Assembly (NCBI GenBank): GCA_000934665.2 | Contig: JYFJ02001986.1 | Span: forward strand, 1-64,000 | Length of the DNA: 64,000 nt | Direction: 5' to 3' | Source: Catajapyx aquilonaris | Lineage: Eukaryota | Shown here: positions 38,001 to 51,600 of the stretch, in pieces | Numbering within the stretch: position 1 is the first letter of the stretch | Layout: the number at the start of each line of letters is the position of its first letter | Notes under the pieces: generated by a model | Seen by the model: the letters and a program-made list of their open reading frames with translations, nothing else | Told to the model about the DNA's origin: nothing | Database searches by the model: none | Program-made: the position numbers and the translations under genes

Positions 38001-40392
38001 CAATTGTTGTAAGTTTTTACAAACCTGCTTTAGAACATAATCGACTCACACAGCGTTACACTTTCAGTCTCTGCGCTAGTCGGCTTTTTCGAACGACTGG
38101 CGACAAAAAAATCTCAACTTTAACTAATCATTATTGATTCATTGATGGGTTTTATCCCAACCGAGAGTGGAATGGTTTTTTTAACCCGAATTTTTTAATC
38201 CATTTCACTTCACGGCAGTTGCTTGTGAATACTGCTTCCATTAGCCACAAATCGTCGTTACACTTCAGCTGACTTTTTTTGACAAAAAATAATGGTCCAC
38301 ATTGGAAATAAATGCAGCGGAACATTCGGCAGCCATGATCGATTTGGAAGCAATTTTTTAGCATTTTGATCGTTCCTAATGTTTTGAATCGAGTTTAGTG
38401 TCACTCACATTTTGTCAAATCGAGTCAAAAATCTGAGCCATTTTAAAGCCATAATGTGATCAAATCAATATTTTTGTTACCTAGTCTTTTAGGTGAATGT
38501 AATGGATGACTTTGCCAGTGTGTGCTCGAACCTAACTGAATTTTTGTCTGGCTATATCATCTGATTGACCACTGCTTATGGCGAGCCCTTTTGCAACAAT
38601 TACTTCCCGCCCACCCCTGAGACTTTACGCCCGTTAATTAAAGGCTCCACACGCAAATAGAACGCAATTTATTTCCAACCGAGTGAGTCTAGCTGCCACT
38701 CAAACCCATTGCCCAATGGCCTGCTAAACATTCGCAGAGTAGATGCCGCCTATCCTGCTTGTAAAGCAAGCAATGTAATCAATGTTTTTCCCCCAAAAAT
38801 GCGTCAATAACAACCGGGCCTCCTCCGACCAGCCCTGTTTTGCTATGATACGCCTGTCATTTCCACATTTTTCCAATGCTACCGATTATCGGTTGGAAAC
38901 ACGATTAAAGGGGAAGGCAGAAAAAATAATATGTCTCCGTTTGAAATGGCCACGCTCCACGATTTGGCACTGTCGGAATCGCATAAATAAATCCGGTTTT
39001 ATTCGGCATTCAAAAGTCGGCGTTTAAAATTATAATATGCGGCAATAAAGATGAGACGGGCAATTGAAACTTTACGAGCTTACATTTCTTCTGCAATATC
39101 GTTGCTAGCGCCTGTTTTTGTTGCTCGACTCACCATTGGTGAAATTGTGGCTTACCAGCTTAACAGTTGAATATTTCTGCGCACACAATATTTATAGCAC
39201 GATTTATAGTCTGTTATTTTTCTGGACTGGCTTTTAAATGTTATTAAAATAAGTACTTTGTGTAGGCTATAATAATGTGAACATGGTAATCTCGAGCAAT
39301 ATTTCAAAATTAATAATTTTGATTGCGATGAATGTGTATTATCATTATATTTTAACATATTTATTTGCTTACGTTTATCTCATGACATATACAGTAACTA
39401 CTGCTATACAGGCTCGCTCGTACTTGCCAGTATGATTTTGAGGTAAACCTCAAATACAGATGAAATGTTCAGAGCAAAATCACGCTATTAGGAAGAGGAT
39501 TTCCCGCATATGGATGCAAAAACATCCCTAGGACGATTTCCATGGGTTTGTGTCACAGTGGAGGTGAAGGGTTCTGACAACACGAGTCCATAAATCAAAG
39601 GGAGAGTGACTAAAGGTTGGCTCTCTTCCTGTCCACTTCAGTCCCCTTTTCCGAGTTATGCATGCCTCCCCACTTTCCCCTCTCTCCCTCCCTACTCCCA
39701 CCTGCCTGTCAGTCCTCAATCAGCACCGATACTTGCCATGACACCCTTGCATTGTTGGGCCAATTTGCAGCGTGGGATGCAGAATGTCTGTTAGCATATC
39801 TCTAAATTATAAAATTGGATATTTCGATTATTATCATTAAATATTCAATTTACCTTAATATGATATTACATACTTTGCATTTAATTATTATACTATCCTC
39901 TAGCTTGATTTCTACAATAGGTTGGTCAGTAGGGGCATTATAAATTAACTGAAATTATCCTGGAATAAATGGTTGATCCGTTTAACTTATTCATGCAACA
40001 ATAACAACACGATCGAGCAATCCAACCCTAAATAAACATATAAATAACGGTTTATAAAAGTGACGTTTTAAACCTTTATTAGGAGTTTTTTCTGATTTAA
40101 GAGTGTACCTTCGCCTGGGCCACGATTTTCCTGGACTTTTCTTGCCAATTCAACGGGAAAAGCGTCCACAAGTGCAGGAGTGTAACTTCTTGTCATAACT
40201 GTAGGGTATATGATGGAAGAGAAGCGATGCGTCAACGCTAGCTCCATCTCGGGAGAGTTGATTTTCCATTCTAGGGGAGGACAGGCACATGGTGCGTTGG
40301 CCTAAGAGCCCGGTGAAGGAGGTAGAGAACGATAAAGAATGTATGATACAGTACAGGTTACAATGTAGCAACGGTGAGAAGAATGCTTCAAC

Positions 40393-40536
40393 GAAGGGGG
40401 TAACCACTTCTGTACTCCGGTGTACACCTGCCAGTGGTACTCCCAGGTACTCCTTAGGTACCCTACTCTTTGGTACTCCTTGGTACTCCTTGAATTTGGT
40501 ACTCCAGTGTACACTTTTCAGTCGAGTGTGGTTACG
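40393..40536. mobile_element. ~150-bp MITE with 8-bp TSD (hAT- or P-like), copy 3 (diverged, right TIR clipped)
   Basis: Same body as copies 1 and 2 (GGTACTCCTTGAATTTGGTACTCCAGTGTACACTTTTCAGTCGAGTG is identical). GCTTCAAC at 40385-40392 and 40537-40544. Confidence 0.88.
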
Positions 40537-43508
40537 GCTTCAACAGAAGCTACGAAGATTAATTGTGGCAGTAATATCACGTTTTATGTTGTGATCAGAT
40601 TATATATAAATTATATTCGTTATCCATATTATTTTCTAGAAAATAACTGCATTATCAATTATTTATAGAAAATGTTGTACCAGTAATATAATTATTAATC
40701 AAGTAACAGCTAAAATAAAAAGACCGCTAGTGGCTAGAAAGAGGAAATATCGGTATGAGTAGACATAGGCCTACAGTATTTCTTTCCAAAACAATATACG
40801 AAGTGCTTCCTGAGAAAGCAAATTGTTTTTCTCTCTCATTTTGTCTGAGCGGGTCCTTCTACAACATCGTTCCTTGTTTCCCCGGGAGGAAACTTTTTGT
40901 GACAGCTGTCACCCAAGATGAATGAAGGAAATATGAGAGTAGGACCGAATAATTCTGAACATTTTTCCTCGGGATACAGCGTCACCTTCGCCATACACTC
41001 ACGATGCTGGATCAGGTACAATGCAGTCTTGTCTCTGAAATACCACAGTGAAAAGGGAGACATATTTTTTTGTTCATTTATCTTCACCTCTTTGAGTCAC
41101 ATCGCCTTTTTGTGCCATCGCTACATCGGACCATAAATTTCAGCGACATTTTTGACAGTAACCTGGATGATCGATAGCTTTCCAAAAAAAACACCATAGT
41201 GAAGACATATTTTTTTCTCAACATGAACCCATTTTCCTGGCTGACCAATAGATTGGCATATCTGCCCTATATATCTCATCTTTTTTTGGAGAGCGACGCA
41301 ACTGCAACTTTTCAGCTTCAATTTTCAGCATTCACGCCTACTTTCCCGATATTCCATTCACAAAACTTTGGGACGTTCCTCCTCCCTCCCACAACTTTGC
41401 AAGAGCAGGAGGAAACTTGACCTATTGTGTCAAAGTTAGGCTCATGATTTCGGAGCGTCGCCTCAGTGCATTGTTCATTCTAGTATAATTATGTATACAA
41501 TTTCGTTTTCGCTTACATGAATCACTGAGGCCAAGCGGCTCTGCCTCTAATAGAATTTGAGTGCATATTAATGAAGGATGTGGCTGATATCATTATCATA
41601 TTGAGTGACCTTTGCTTGAAATGCAGGGTTTAAGAAATGGTCTCCAGCAAGGTACAAGACTCTCGATGAATTGATAAAAATGGATCAAAACTATTTGGTT
41701 GAGGGTAAGGTCATTTTATTCTGCAATTCTAGCAAATTGCACGATTGAAGTTTGGCAACTCGGCAGTTTACCTTACATGAAGCAGTTAATTTATTCATTA
41801 TCGATAACACCCTCCCTACTTTACATAATACAGTAGCTGGCTAAAATCAATTTCACATGCCTCTTACATAGTCGATCCGCTTTAACACGATTAAAAAAAC
41901 AAACTAACAATATGTACCTTAGAGTGTAATGTGTTATAACACCTGCTGTTCTGCATTCCGCCATAATGCTTGCCCTTGTGCCCAAATTGCAGTGTTTTCT
42001 AGGCCAGTTGACGCCCCCATACAACAACCAACGGGTCCAATCAACTGTTGCATAACACCACAGCGCATCAAGCATAAGAGATGAAATCGCATGTCCAGCA
42101 GTCAATCCTGCTGTGCTCCGGATGATGATGCATCCCCCCCAAAATGTCCAGGGCGCACTCCCAGCCATTGTCCGGGATAAACAGGTTTATCCGTCCCCTT
42201 GATTACTCTGTAAACTGCCCACAGGACGTGAGGATTATCCCTGACTGACTGGCTATCAACGTGTTTTGCCGGACCCCCCCGCCAGTTCAAAACAAAAGGC
42301 GTGTTGATACAACTCGGGAGCTAGACCAATGAAACGCAGCTTCTCATCACCCCCTCCTGCCCCCACCTCGTCACCACATATTTACTTGCGTGTTTAAACA
42401 GGAAATTCCGTTTGTTCTTACGCCCAGCTATCAACATCGAACTGTTTGTTCTTTTTCACCTTTAGTCAATTAAAGCCTGACCTATCTTCAAAAAAGGTTC
42501 AACAATGCATCAGTCGATCGGATATTTAAAAATGAGAGCGCATTTTGCAGCGGAGGACACACTGTCGTATGGTATTGCAAGACTTTGGACAAATTGAGGA
42601 ATGTTTCAGGGGGAGTATTCATTTATCACAGGGCTGTCCAAAGCAGACACATGTCAGTAGTTCTCAGAATCAAAAACGCGCTAACGTGTGCTGCAAAATT
42701 AAATCCGTGCAGTTCCAGCCCCCCCCCCCTGACAACCCTTCTAGTTTAATTACAGCATCAACAAGAGCCAAGTGAATCCAATAAAACTCTCATCATTATG
42801 CCTTCGCAATTTGGAGACTTGACAGTCAGATTGTGCTGTCCGTTACGCCCATTCTACCTAACGTTGGCCCGCTTTTTTTAAGGCCTGGCATTCGCCTCGA
42901 TTCGATATTTGTTGTTGTTCTAGCCCTTCCACTCGGTTTCGTTTGGCTCCATTTCCATGTTGTTACAGTATTTCAATGCTGCTTATTTCCAGCACTGCCA
43001 TGTTACTCGACGATATGCTAATGTGGACCAGTGCCTCTAAAAAAAATTACGGCTCTTCCTCTCGGCAAGTTTTGCATTTCTATCCAAGGTAATGGTTCGA
43101 GCCGAATTACTACAGTTTTTAAAAAGCTGTAGGCCTAATAGGCTTCAACAATATTTTTGTCCTCCATACATTATTGTTGGGAATCACTAAGTGGGTGTTG
43201 CATTTGATTAATTCCAATTCAAACTTCTATTTTTCATTAATATTGTCCCCCACAACATGCACTGTTAATTTCATAATTCCCGCTGCTAATGAGTACCTGT
43301 GTTTAGAATACAGTACACAATGCACATGACGGGTGAGGGAGAATTCACGCAATAGTAAATATTGTTCGTGCGAGTTGTTAGCTTTCATTATTAATTGTGT
43401 TGCAGGCATACGTTTACATTTTAAATATGGATTCAACCGTGTATAGGTCATTTAATTTGCGTTTTAAACATGGCACCACACACCAGCTATTAGCGGTGTG
43501 ATTTTGTC

Positions 43509-43556
<48 letters not shown>
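43509..43556. repeat. (AAT)n microsatellite
   Basis: Directly visible perfect trinucleotide run. Confidence 0.97.
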
Positions 43557-45217
43557 TTATCAAAATATAGAGAGGCCTGTCGCCCAACATAACATTAGAT
43601 TGAAATAACGATAACAGCAACTACTACTATGAGGTAGTGCAAAATACACTACACTGTATGACCCCATTCTTAGGTGCCTACAGGCAATTACTGAGCTGCA
43701 CCGGATAATGCAACACGGTAGTAACTTATCGCTACCAGAGTACATTGGGCCTGGAGACCAATATTCCTGGCAAAAACCTCATAAATGAAAGTGGGTGCGC
43801 GCAAAGTCAGAAGTTTGCCCCTGTTACAAGGGAATGTCCAAAGCATGGTCTGTAAAGCCCAAAGTTTCATGTACTTGTAATATGCATACTTGATATGAGA
43901 GGTTATCAGATAGTCTGCCAGTTCAAAATTAATGGCCCAACCAGTGCCGCCATTCGGGATGTCATGGAACCATACAGGCCGCCGTTTACACTAGGCCGTT
44001 GCTATCAAAACATAATCGGCTAGTGTCCGACTTTGACCTCCAGCCCTAAATATACCATTCAGTTTTGTGCAAAACGGATTGAACCGACTGAACCCAGATT
44101 TTTGGTCCGATTCTTAGAGCCAAACTTGCCAATCGATCTGAGCGCCCCTTTAAGGGCGTTTAACTTTTATTCTGCCATATCCGTTTCAGCATACATTACG
44201 CTTTCAGGCAGTTGGATAACTTGCAATTGACTCGTAAAATTTTTTCGAGACCTACAGTATAGGTCTCTTTCCAGCCGAAATTCAGAGAAGTAGCCTCCCG
44301 TACAGTTGTTGCTGCTGGCTGAGTCCTCTTCTCTTCCTTTGAGCGAAAAAATTGCACCTGAAAATGATGACACACTTGCCCTGGTGTAACTTCTTCGTGG
44401 GCATATCATTGTATTCTTGTAACTAAATCTGCAATATCATGGTATGCCGCACCCGTGAAAAAATCATTGTTATCAACGCAAAATCTTAAATTATAAACAA
44501 AATTTTGCTAGGTAATGCCCACTGTGCTGCATGGATAGATAATCAGACAATCTAATGTGGGTATTCATTTTGCAGGAAGAATTCTACTACTGTATTGTAT
44601 GTTTGGATTGGCGAATATAGTCACCCAGAACTGTTGATAAAATGTGCACCTGATAGCAAATGACAATAATTTACAGCCTTGAATGCATTTCACATGCGGG
44701 CCAAATTGCCGCACAAAGCTAGACATAAAATGCAACTGCCCCGTATCGGTGTAGCCATGACAGTTACAAATACATAATTTACAAAAAAAATGCGAATCCC
44801 GCATAGATGAATAGTGGCTATTATTAACTGCATGTTAGCGGAAATGTCAATAACGGTATGTAGGTTGTGTTGCAGCGTTGTGACGATTCGTGCCTTCTCT
44901 CAGACAACTAACTCTTGTTAGATCAGCTTGTTTGTCACGTCAGTATCTGTAGCCATGGAGGCTCTAGTTACGTGACAGGCGTATGGATGGCGCTGATAAC
45001 TGTGTGTGCTGCACAACTTACATCAGCGCTACAAACATACGCGAAACGCAGTCGCTGTTGTTCAGTTACTGATTCGAACATGAGGCAAGCATAAACTTAT
45101 TACTAGCCATAAAATATAGGTGTTATAAATTTTAATAATATAGAGGGTAGAATAAGAAATTTTATGTATTAACATATTACGAGAGTGTCGACGTCATAAG
45201 AATAATGCTCTATCAAT

Positions 45218-45548
45218 ATGGGGAGACGGAGTGGCGCCGCGGTAACGCGTGCGCTCACGGAAGTTAAGGTCCCGGGTTCAATCCCCACCCGGGGTTCCCA
45301 CCTTCTTTCGTGCAGAGTTGGGCCATCTCTGGCTTCGTTTCGGGTGGGAATATCCGCTAGACTAACCCACCCGGGGGAGTTCACGAAATGACAATATAAC
45401 GACATTGCACTTGCACTTCGCACATCCCCTCCTAATTACCCTTGGAGCAATTAGAAATACGTATATGTATCGCTCCAAACCACAAATGGTGGTAACCCAC
45501 CCCCCTAGAAATGGCCTATCGGCCAGATAACGGGGTACAGGAAAAAAA
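45218..45548 (+). mobile_element. tRNA-derived SINE (331 bp) with 11-bp TSD
   Basis: TSD GCTCTATCAAT at 45207-45217 and 45549-45559. A-box-like GTGGCGCCGCGGT, B box GGTTCAATCCC, oligo-A end. Confidence 0.88.
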
Positions 45549-45589
45549 GCTCTATCAATCACATATTAAATGGAACAACCTTTGTGTAC

Positions 45590-45745
45590 ATGTAGTGGTT
45601 AAGCTTTCAGATTGCTATTTGGGAGGTCCTGAGTTCGAATCCCGGTGCCAACCATCCTCACTCGGGGCTGATTTCCGTCGAATCCTATCACTTTAGGGTA
45701 GTTTTCGGTTGGTTTGCCTTACAGTTACACAATATAGCCACATGC
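45590..45745 (+). mobile_element. Degenerate tRNA-derived SINE head (different family)
   Basis: TGTAGTGGTTAAG (A-box-like) ... GAGTTCGAATCCC (B box). No acceptor stem and no TSD seen. Confidence 0.6.
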
Positions 45746-46199
45746 GANCCCCCCCCCCCCCTTATGATGTCGTTCAGTAAAATTTTGTCAAATTCCTGCT
45801 CTGGTCTATGTTGCTTGGTTATGATTACTACTCATATTATCCATCACCCTATATAATTATATAGGAGAAGCCATAATTATCTCATATTACGTTTTTTCAT
45901 ATGAGCATGTACGGTGCTGCAAAGTACTTCAATAAGTTATTATTTTGTAGTTCTACCTAAGTATGTTCTACTTTGCGTGCTAGGAAGGACACTGGCAGAT
46001 TGAAAGGGATTTCGTGACACAAAATACGTGCATCATCCCTCCTCCAGACGTCTTCACTCTGTAAGCAGATAATGGACATCCATTAAGACTTTATTTTCTT
46101 CTTAGAGTGGGATGGGAGGTACAAGAATACGTACTAACCTCACCTTACTCGTATATAGAGGTTATCACCACAGAAGTTTGTCGGAATCATTATGAAACA

Positions 46200-47130
46200 T
46201 CCTGCATTGTTGCTCACTTTTGCCGAATATGTGTGGGTGGCAGTACAACTTGTCGGAACTTCGTCAGCCTGCGGCGCGGTGTCCAGCGGATGCCACTCAG
46301 TGTCGAGAAGCTGACGGCACTCAGTTGTTGCACACTCGTGACAAATTTGTGGTCTTCAATGAGGTACGGGATGTGATTGGGAGCATTATTCTGCCAGTAT
46401 TCTCAGAAGGATGTCTAGGCTATATCACCAGTCATCACGAATCTTGATTTAGCTGCCTGTAGAGATCCAAGGCAGACCTTTTGTACCAGAAATGCCTCGA
46501 GTAGGCTGACGACCAGGTTGCATGAAATCGCACCATGCAATGAGGCAGAAACATACCCGTTATGTCGGCTCCTAATAGGATCGCGACCTTTTCCTTCTGT
46601 CCAATGGAGCATGCGTCTGTGCTCGAAAGCCAAAGGGCTCCTTGCCAACAAAGCCGAAAGGAAGTCCCGATTGTTGTCTCCGCTTGCCGGCAATTGAGCC
46701 CGCATCTAAGCCAAAAGTGGACTGTATTGGTTCTCTCGAAAGCCGGTGGTCCGGGGATGATTTGGTGGCGATACGGTTTGGTCGGACGCCCACCAAAATT
46801 TTGGACCGACTGTCCCTCCATTCCCCTCCTCCCTCCTAACCCTAATAATGGATACCAGCAGCAGAGTGTGCTCTTTGTGGTCAAGACAAAGGGCTCGGAA
46901 GACTGGAAACCGTGTCCAGTTGTGGCTTCATCCGAAAAGCGGGCCAAATTTTCTCCGTCCTTTACCCCTTGCCTTGGGGAGAAGGCTGGTAGGGGTTGAG
47001 GGTGAGGGAGGATGGAGCAACCGGAGCGTGCAACAACTCGGACGACGATGTGTCCGCACCGCTGACTCAGTCAACTGCAATGTTCCGCCGGAGATTCCAA
47101 AGGGTCGGGGTCATGCTGGCAAGGACACTC
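46200..47130 (-). pseudogene. Degenerate BEL/Pao LTR retrotransposon gag-protease fragment
   Basis: Across frameshifts the minus strand reads: Cys/His-rich segment ending ELLH, then LLPKAR/VKDGENLARF, QLDT/GFQSS (cf. LDxGSQxS protease site), KVAILLGADITG (cf. IDILLGAD), GSLQAAKSRFVMTG (cf. AxxTKFGWVLSG) and EYWQNN (cf. FWELE). The order matches Pao polyproteins. Confidence 0.62.
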
Positions 47131-48596
47131 CGGATAAGAGGAACTCGAGCAGCAAAATTATTGGCTAAACTTTTTTTCCTGAAGGGAGTCGGAATTTACG
47201 TATACTTGTAGATGGGGGTATTAGTCTCAGTCAACAAGGTGCGTTAGGGAGATCACTCTGGGAATCACAGGAATCAGGGAGAATCTAGAAAGAGTTCAGT
47301 CCGAAGTTCAGTCTGATCCTGTTCCGCTCTACATTCTCTCAAAATTTCCAAGTAGGTTAAACATTTGAACTTATACGCCAAATATATTTACAGTACCGTA
47401 TATTTTCCTATCAACAATGCCAAATCTGTGCATATATTTTTCAAAATCCCAATCGGAAAATGATGTTGTAGGTGAAACATATCAGAGGGTTGTCAAGAGT
47501 CCCATTTGGTCCTCTTGTTGCGGGCAGTATGTGTCAGTATGAGCAAAGCTATTTTATCTTTGATGTGGGGTGGATTTTCCGCATTACATTTGAAATCAAC
47601 AACCCTACATCGCAGGCTTTTGTACTATTCATGACAGTTCAATATCGAAAACTCGTTATTATTGGGCAATAATAAATGCACGAACTGCAATACTGGGTCA
47701 AATTCATGCGCAAACAGGCTGATGGTTCCGGGCATATATTTATATTTACGTCAAAAATTTCAGTACTACCTGTAGGGGGCGAAAAATAATGTCCAAAAAT
47801 AAATCAAAACACGATAGTTTATAATTATCTGTAGAAGGTACATTTTCCCGATCATTTCCTAGGTCGATTATTAATTTTAAAGGGCTAAAAAGCAAAATCA
47901 TTAAGAAAGGTTCAAAATACCGCAGTAAAATAATTCATTATGGAAACCTAATTAGACCTACTTATAAGACATTAGAAGCTGTACTATCGTGACGTGAAAA
48001 GTCAGTGTTACCAAATTAGGAAACATGACGTCACTCGCCCTGTTAAATTGCATTTCATTATGTAGAGAAGAAGTTTGGCCGAACCAGAAATTGTGAAGAA
48101 GAAAATCAAGGAGAACGGATGACTTCTGATGCCTTATAAGACCGCACTAGTTAGTGCTAATGACGTCTAAAGAGGGAACACGTGGCAATTACTCCGATTA
48201 TCTTGATTAGTTCACAATAGCTGGTGCGTGTTTGTAATAACTTTTCCGATGCATCCCTCCTACAGGGAACGGGAAGCAAATGGCTTTCCGGTCACGTCAC
48301 CTCTCCTCTCCTTTCCCCACCCAACCCCCTACCCCGTTCCCCTACCACCTATTCTCCTCCGCCCTCAAAATGTGATAATTTGAGCCTCCCCTGGTGATTC
48401 CTAGGCGCACTAGCAGCAGGCCTCGCTAAGCGAAACTATGCCCCCATGACTTGCATGCACACTCACTGTATACGAGCGTATCATCAGATCATCACACAGA
48501 CCATACTGGTACATATCAAAGCGTACTGTACCTACTACATACCCTATATCTAACCACAAAAATCGATATTACATAATTATATCGAATCATTGCGAT

Positions 48597-48597
<1 letters not shown>

Positions 48598-48675
<78 letters not shown>
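48598..48675. repeat. (TAA)26 microsatellite
   Basis: Directly visible perfect trinucleotide run of 78 bp. Confidence 0.97.
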
Positions 48676-51600
48676 GTTAATGAGTTGGCCATAACTTGTA
48701 TACAGTCATAGAAGCAGACCCATTATGTAAGTCGAGTGCGATATTTTTTAGAAGAGAATGTAGCTTTGCAGCATGCATGTGCAGGCCCAAGTTGACGGCA
48801 CCAGCCCATCGGCATAATTGGATTCTTGTTTGACAACGAAATTGCAGAGGGCGCTGCAACAATGCGGGAGTTTAAGCCGAGAACAATGGGGGTCATCCGC
48901 CGCTAGTTTGGCCCTGGCCTGGAAAATATGGCCCAGGCACTCTGGAGGCAGAGAAAGGCTAAATAACTCCAGTTCCGAAATAACAGGCGCGCCAACAGGC
49001 GTCATTTTCCATAATGCCCCCCTGCATGAACCTTGGTCCATGGCAAATATTGTGCAATTAGAAAAGAGGGAGGGGACAGAGGGGTCTGAATTGCGAAGAC
49101 TCCCCTTTTGGCCAATTGAAGCCTGTAATCATCCGTGGGGGTCGCATTATGGCATGTTTATCAGGCCAGTGTATCAGTGGCTGCAGCATAACTACCTCCG
49201 GCCTATGTTACGCAGCCTGGGTATTCCGCTCACACAATGCAGTTACGACGTCCACTGCCCCCAACCGCCGCACGTGATGTACACTACAGTACCCGCTCCC
49301 GCTGTGTTTACATCAGTGCGGCGCTTTTGATCTCGTTCATCAACACGACTATTAAATTGCCACTCACCTAGCTCGTATTTTTGGTATCGCTGTCTTCATG
49401 CCCGGATTTTGACGTTTATTGCCGGTGTTAAAAGTGGGGGCCAACTATTTTTGACTGGGACGAACCTGCAATTCAGTCTTCACCCAGTGTGATAAGCCAT
49501 GTTATGCCAAAACTAAGGGGGTTATTACTCAGGCACGCTTCGTCAGTTCATGTGGGGCTAATACAAATGCCAGGGGGGCTTGGCTGCGACTTCCGGTATC
49601 TGCTGAGGAGCACTTACGGCCACAATGTCCAACAAAAGGGGTCGTAACAATCACGTACAGGCTATTCGTCCAAATCGGTTTAGTTTATCAAGTGGTCGTG
49701 TCAAGAGACCTAATATTAGCAGCTAATATTCTTGATAGCCTCCTAAATGTAACTGTTTAAAAGTTACTTCTTAATGGTAATCAGATTAGTGCAGTGTTGC
49801 TAAGTGAAATGGAAACTACTTCAACTGACGGACCAACAGGTGAGACGGGGAAAAGTTGATGAATTATTCACCCCTGGGCTATGTAAACAAAGTCGACAGC
49901 CATATTTGCGAATTTCTCAGTTGTTGCGACCATGAGATTCTCTGGAAGAAATTATCAGTAATGGTTTGAAGGCGTGTGTTTCTCACTTAAGAAGATTTTT
50001 AAACATCAGAACCAGTGCCCTTGGCAGCCTTAATGAGTTCCGTAGCCATGAAATATGCCCAAAAGTTAAAGGAGTTTTGCTAGACCGAAATTGGTCATTA
50101 TTTTTTAAAAGTGCCAAACTATCCTTCAAGTTTTATGGTGAAGTAAAGTGAACTTTGAGGTTTTCACCGAAAGGCGTATACACCTTAATAAACTGTGCGC
50201 CTCAAGAAGAAGCATAAACTCCACTTTTACGATGCAGGGAAATTTTCTTCCAGGGATTGAATCTCAAAACATACAATGGCATTGTTGATTGCTGGTAAAC
50301 AAAAAATAGAAAATTTTATGCACATTAAATACAGCTTAAAATACCATTTTATACTGAAAGTTGTATGACAGTACAACATATTTTCAATGTATAATGAGGT
50401 AAGTGTATTTAAGGTACACACAGTTGAAAAGTATTTTCTGTTTATTTACAGATGTATAATGAAAGTCGTCAATTTGAGAATCGCGTTAAATATTGGTGTT
50501 CTTTATCTTCGTCCAGTGGTTATCTGCATTTCACGCACGAAGCCGATTCCAGCTTTCATTTTTAAACTTGGAAGGATTGTTGACGGTTTGCTCAAACGCT
50601 GGGGTGGCAAGTTCTCTCTGCAAATGGGAAATAAAGGGCCTGGCAATTTCCGTTTGGCGAATCCTGCTTGTGAATTCCAAAAACCCAGTTGATGGCACAA
50701 TGTTCTCCCGCGGAAAACCAAGCAACTGAAATCCTATGCTAAAAGATGTGCGCATTAGGTTTACCGGTGCGAGCTTAATTCTCGCATGGATGAAGCTTAA
50801 ATCCGATTTGGACTCCATTGCGCCGAGTACAGCACAATGAGAGCGAGGTGGAATTCGAAAATAAAGGCCAGTGTATTTTCTTTTTGTGCGTCGCCGTCTC
50901 TCTACATTCTATTTTTTATCACTTTGGAATGGCGTGGAGTGAAGCAACAAAGGGGGAAGGAAAGTGGAAAAGCTGATTATTGCTTATTCCTCATCCAGTC
51001 CGGATTGGCTGAGCTGTCCGAAGTCTCGTGAGGGAAAAGCTGTAATGGTGCCTTGGTTCTTTCCAAGCGCCAAGATCAATCTCCAAGAGCATCGATTGCT
51101 GCCGAGATTCCTTCGCATGGGGGAAGGATTCCCTTCCAGCTATACGCTTCCCAAATCGGAAATAGTTTTGCTCCGCGCATAGTGCATCCCTATGATACGA
51201 GTCTTCAATATTCGAGAACGACGCCACAAAATATATGCAGGCTTTGCGGCAGCTTACTAGAATGGTTGCAGCCATTAGTGGTGCCTCACTTACTATAATG
51301 GTTTAACATCACAGCTACTGGTTTCTCACCAGCTGGACCCCCAAAATAATCTTTGCAAGCAACTTGCGTCATTGTCATCTCCTGTCGGTTCTCGTTCCTT
51401 AGCAACGACAATGGGCTCGAAAATGGACCCGAGTTCTATTCAGTACACGCTGCGTAATGTAAAAGAGATCAGAAGGGCACCAGTTTCCTGTAATTTAACC
51501 TCGGAAAATTTTCCCTTTCCCAGAGCAGTTTCAGGAGCCATTGATTCATGCTGTTTCGAGCATGGCCTCTTCCCTTTCCCTTGAAACATCCGGATAAAAA

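Noticed and set aside
41950..42290. Possible RNase H relic (LWAVYRVIK ... LFIPDN..CALDIL) on the minus strand
   Set aside because: Catalytic residues are not identifiable; similarity is too weak.
45218..45300. Possible tRNA gene
   Set aside because: A and B boxes are present but there is no proper cloverleaf; it continues into a body, oligo-A tail and TSD, so it is a SINE head.
48818..49330. 170-aa ORF in intron 1
   Set aside because: Non-ATG start, no recognisable motifs, and not needed in the TMTC1 splice path.
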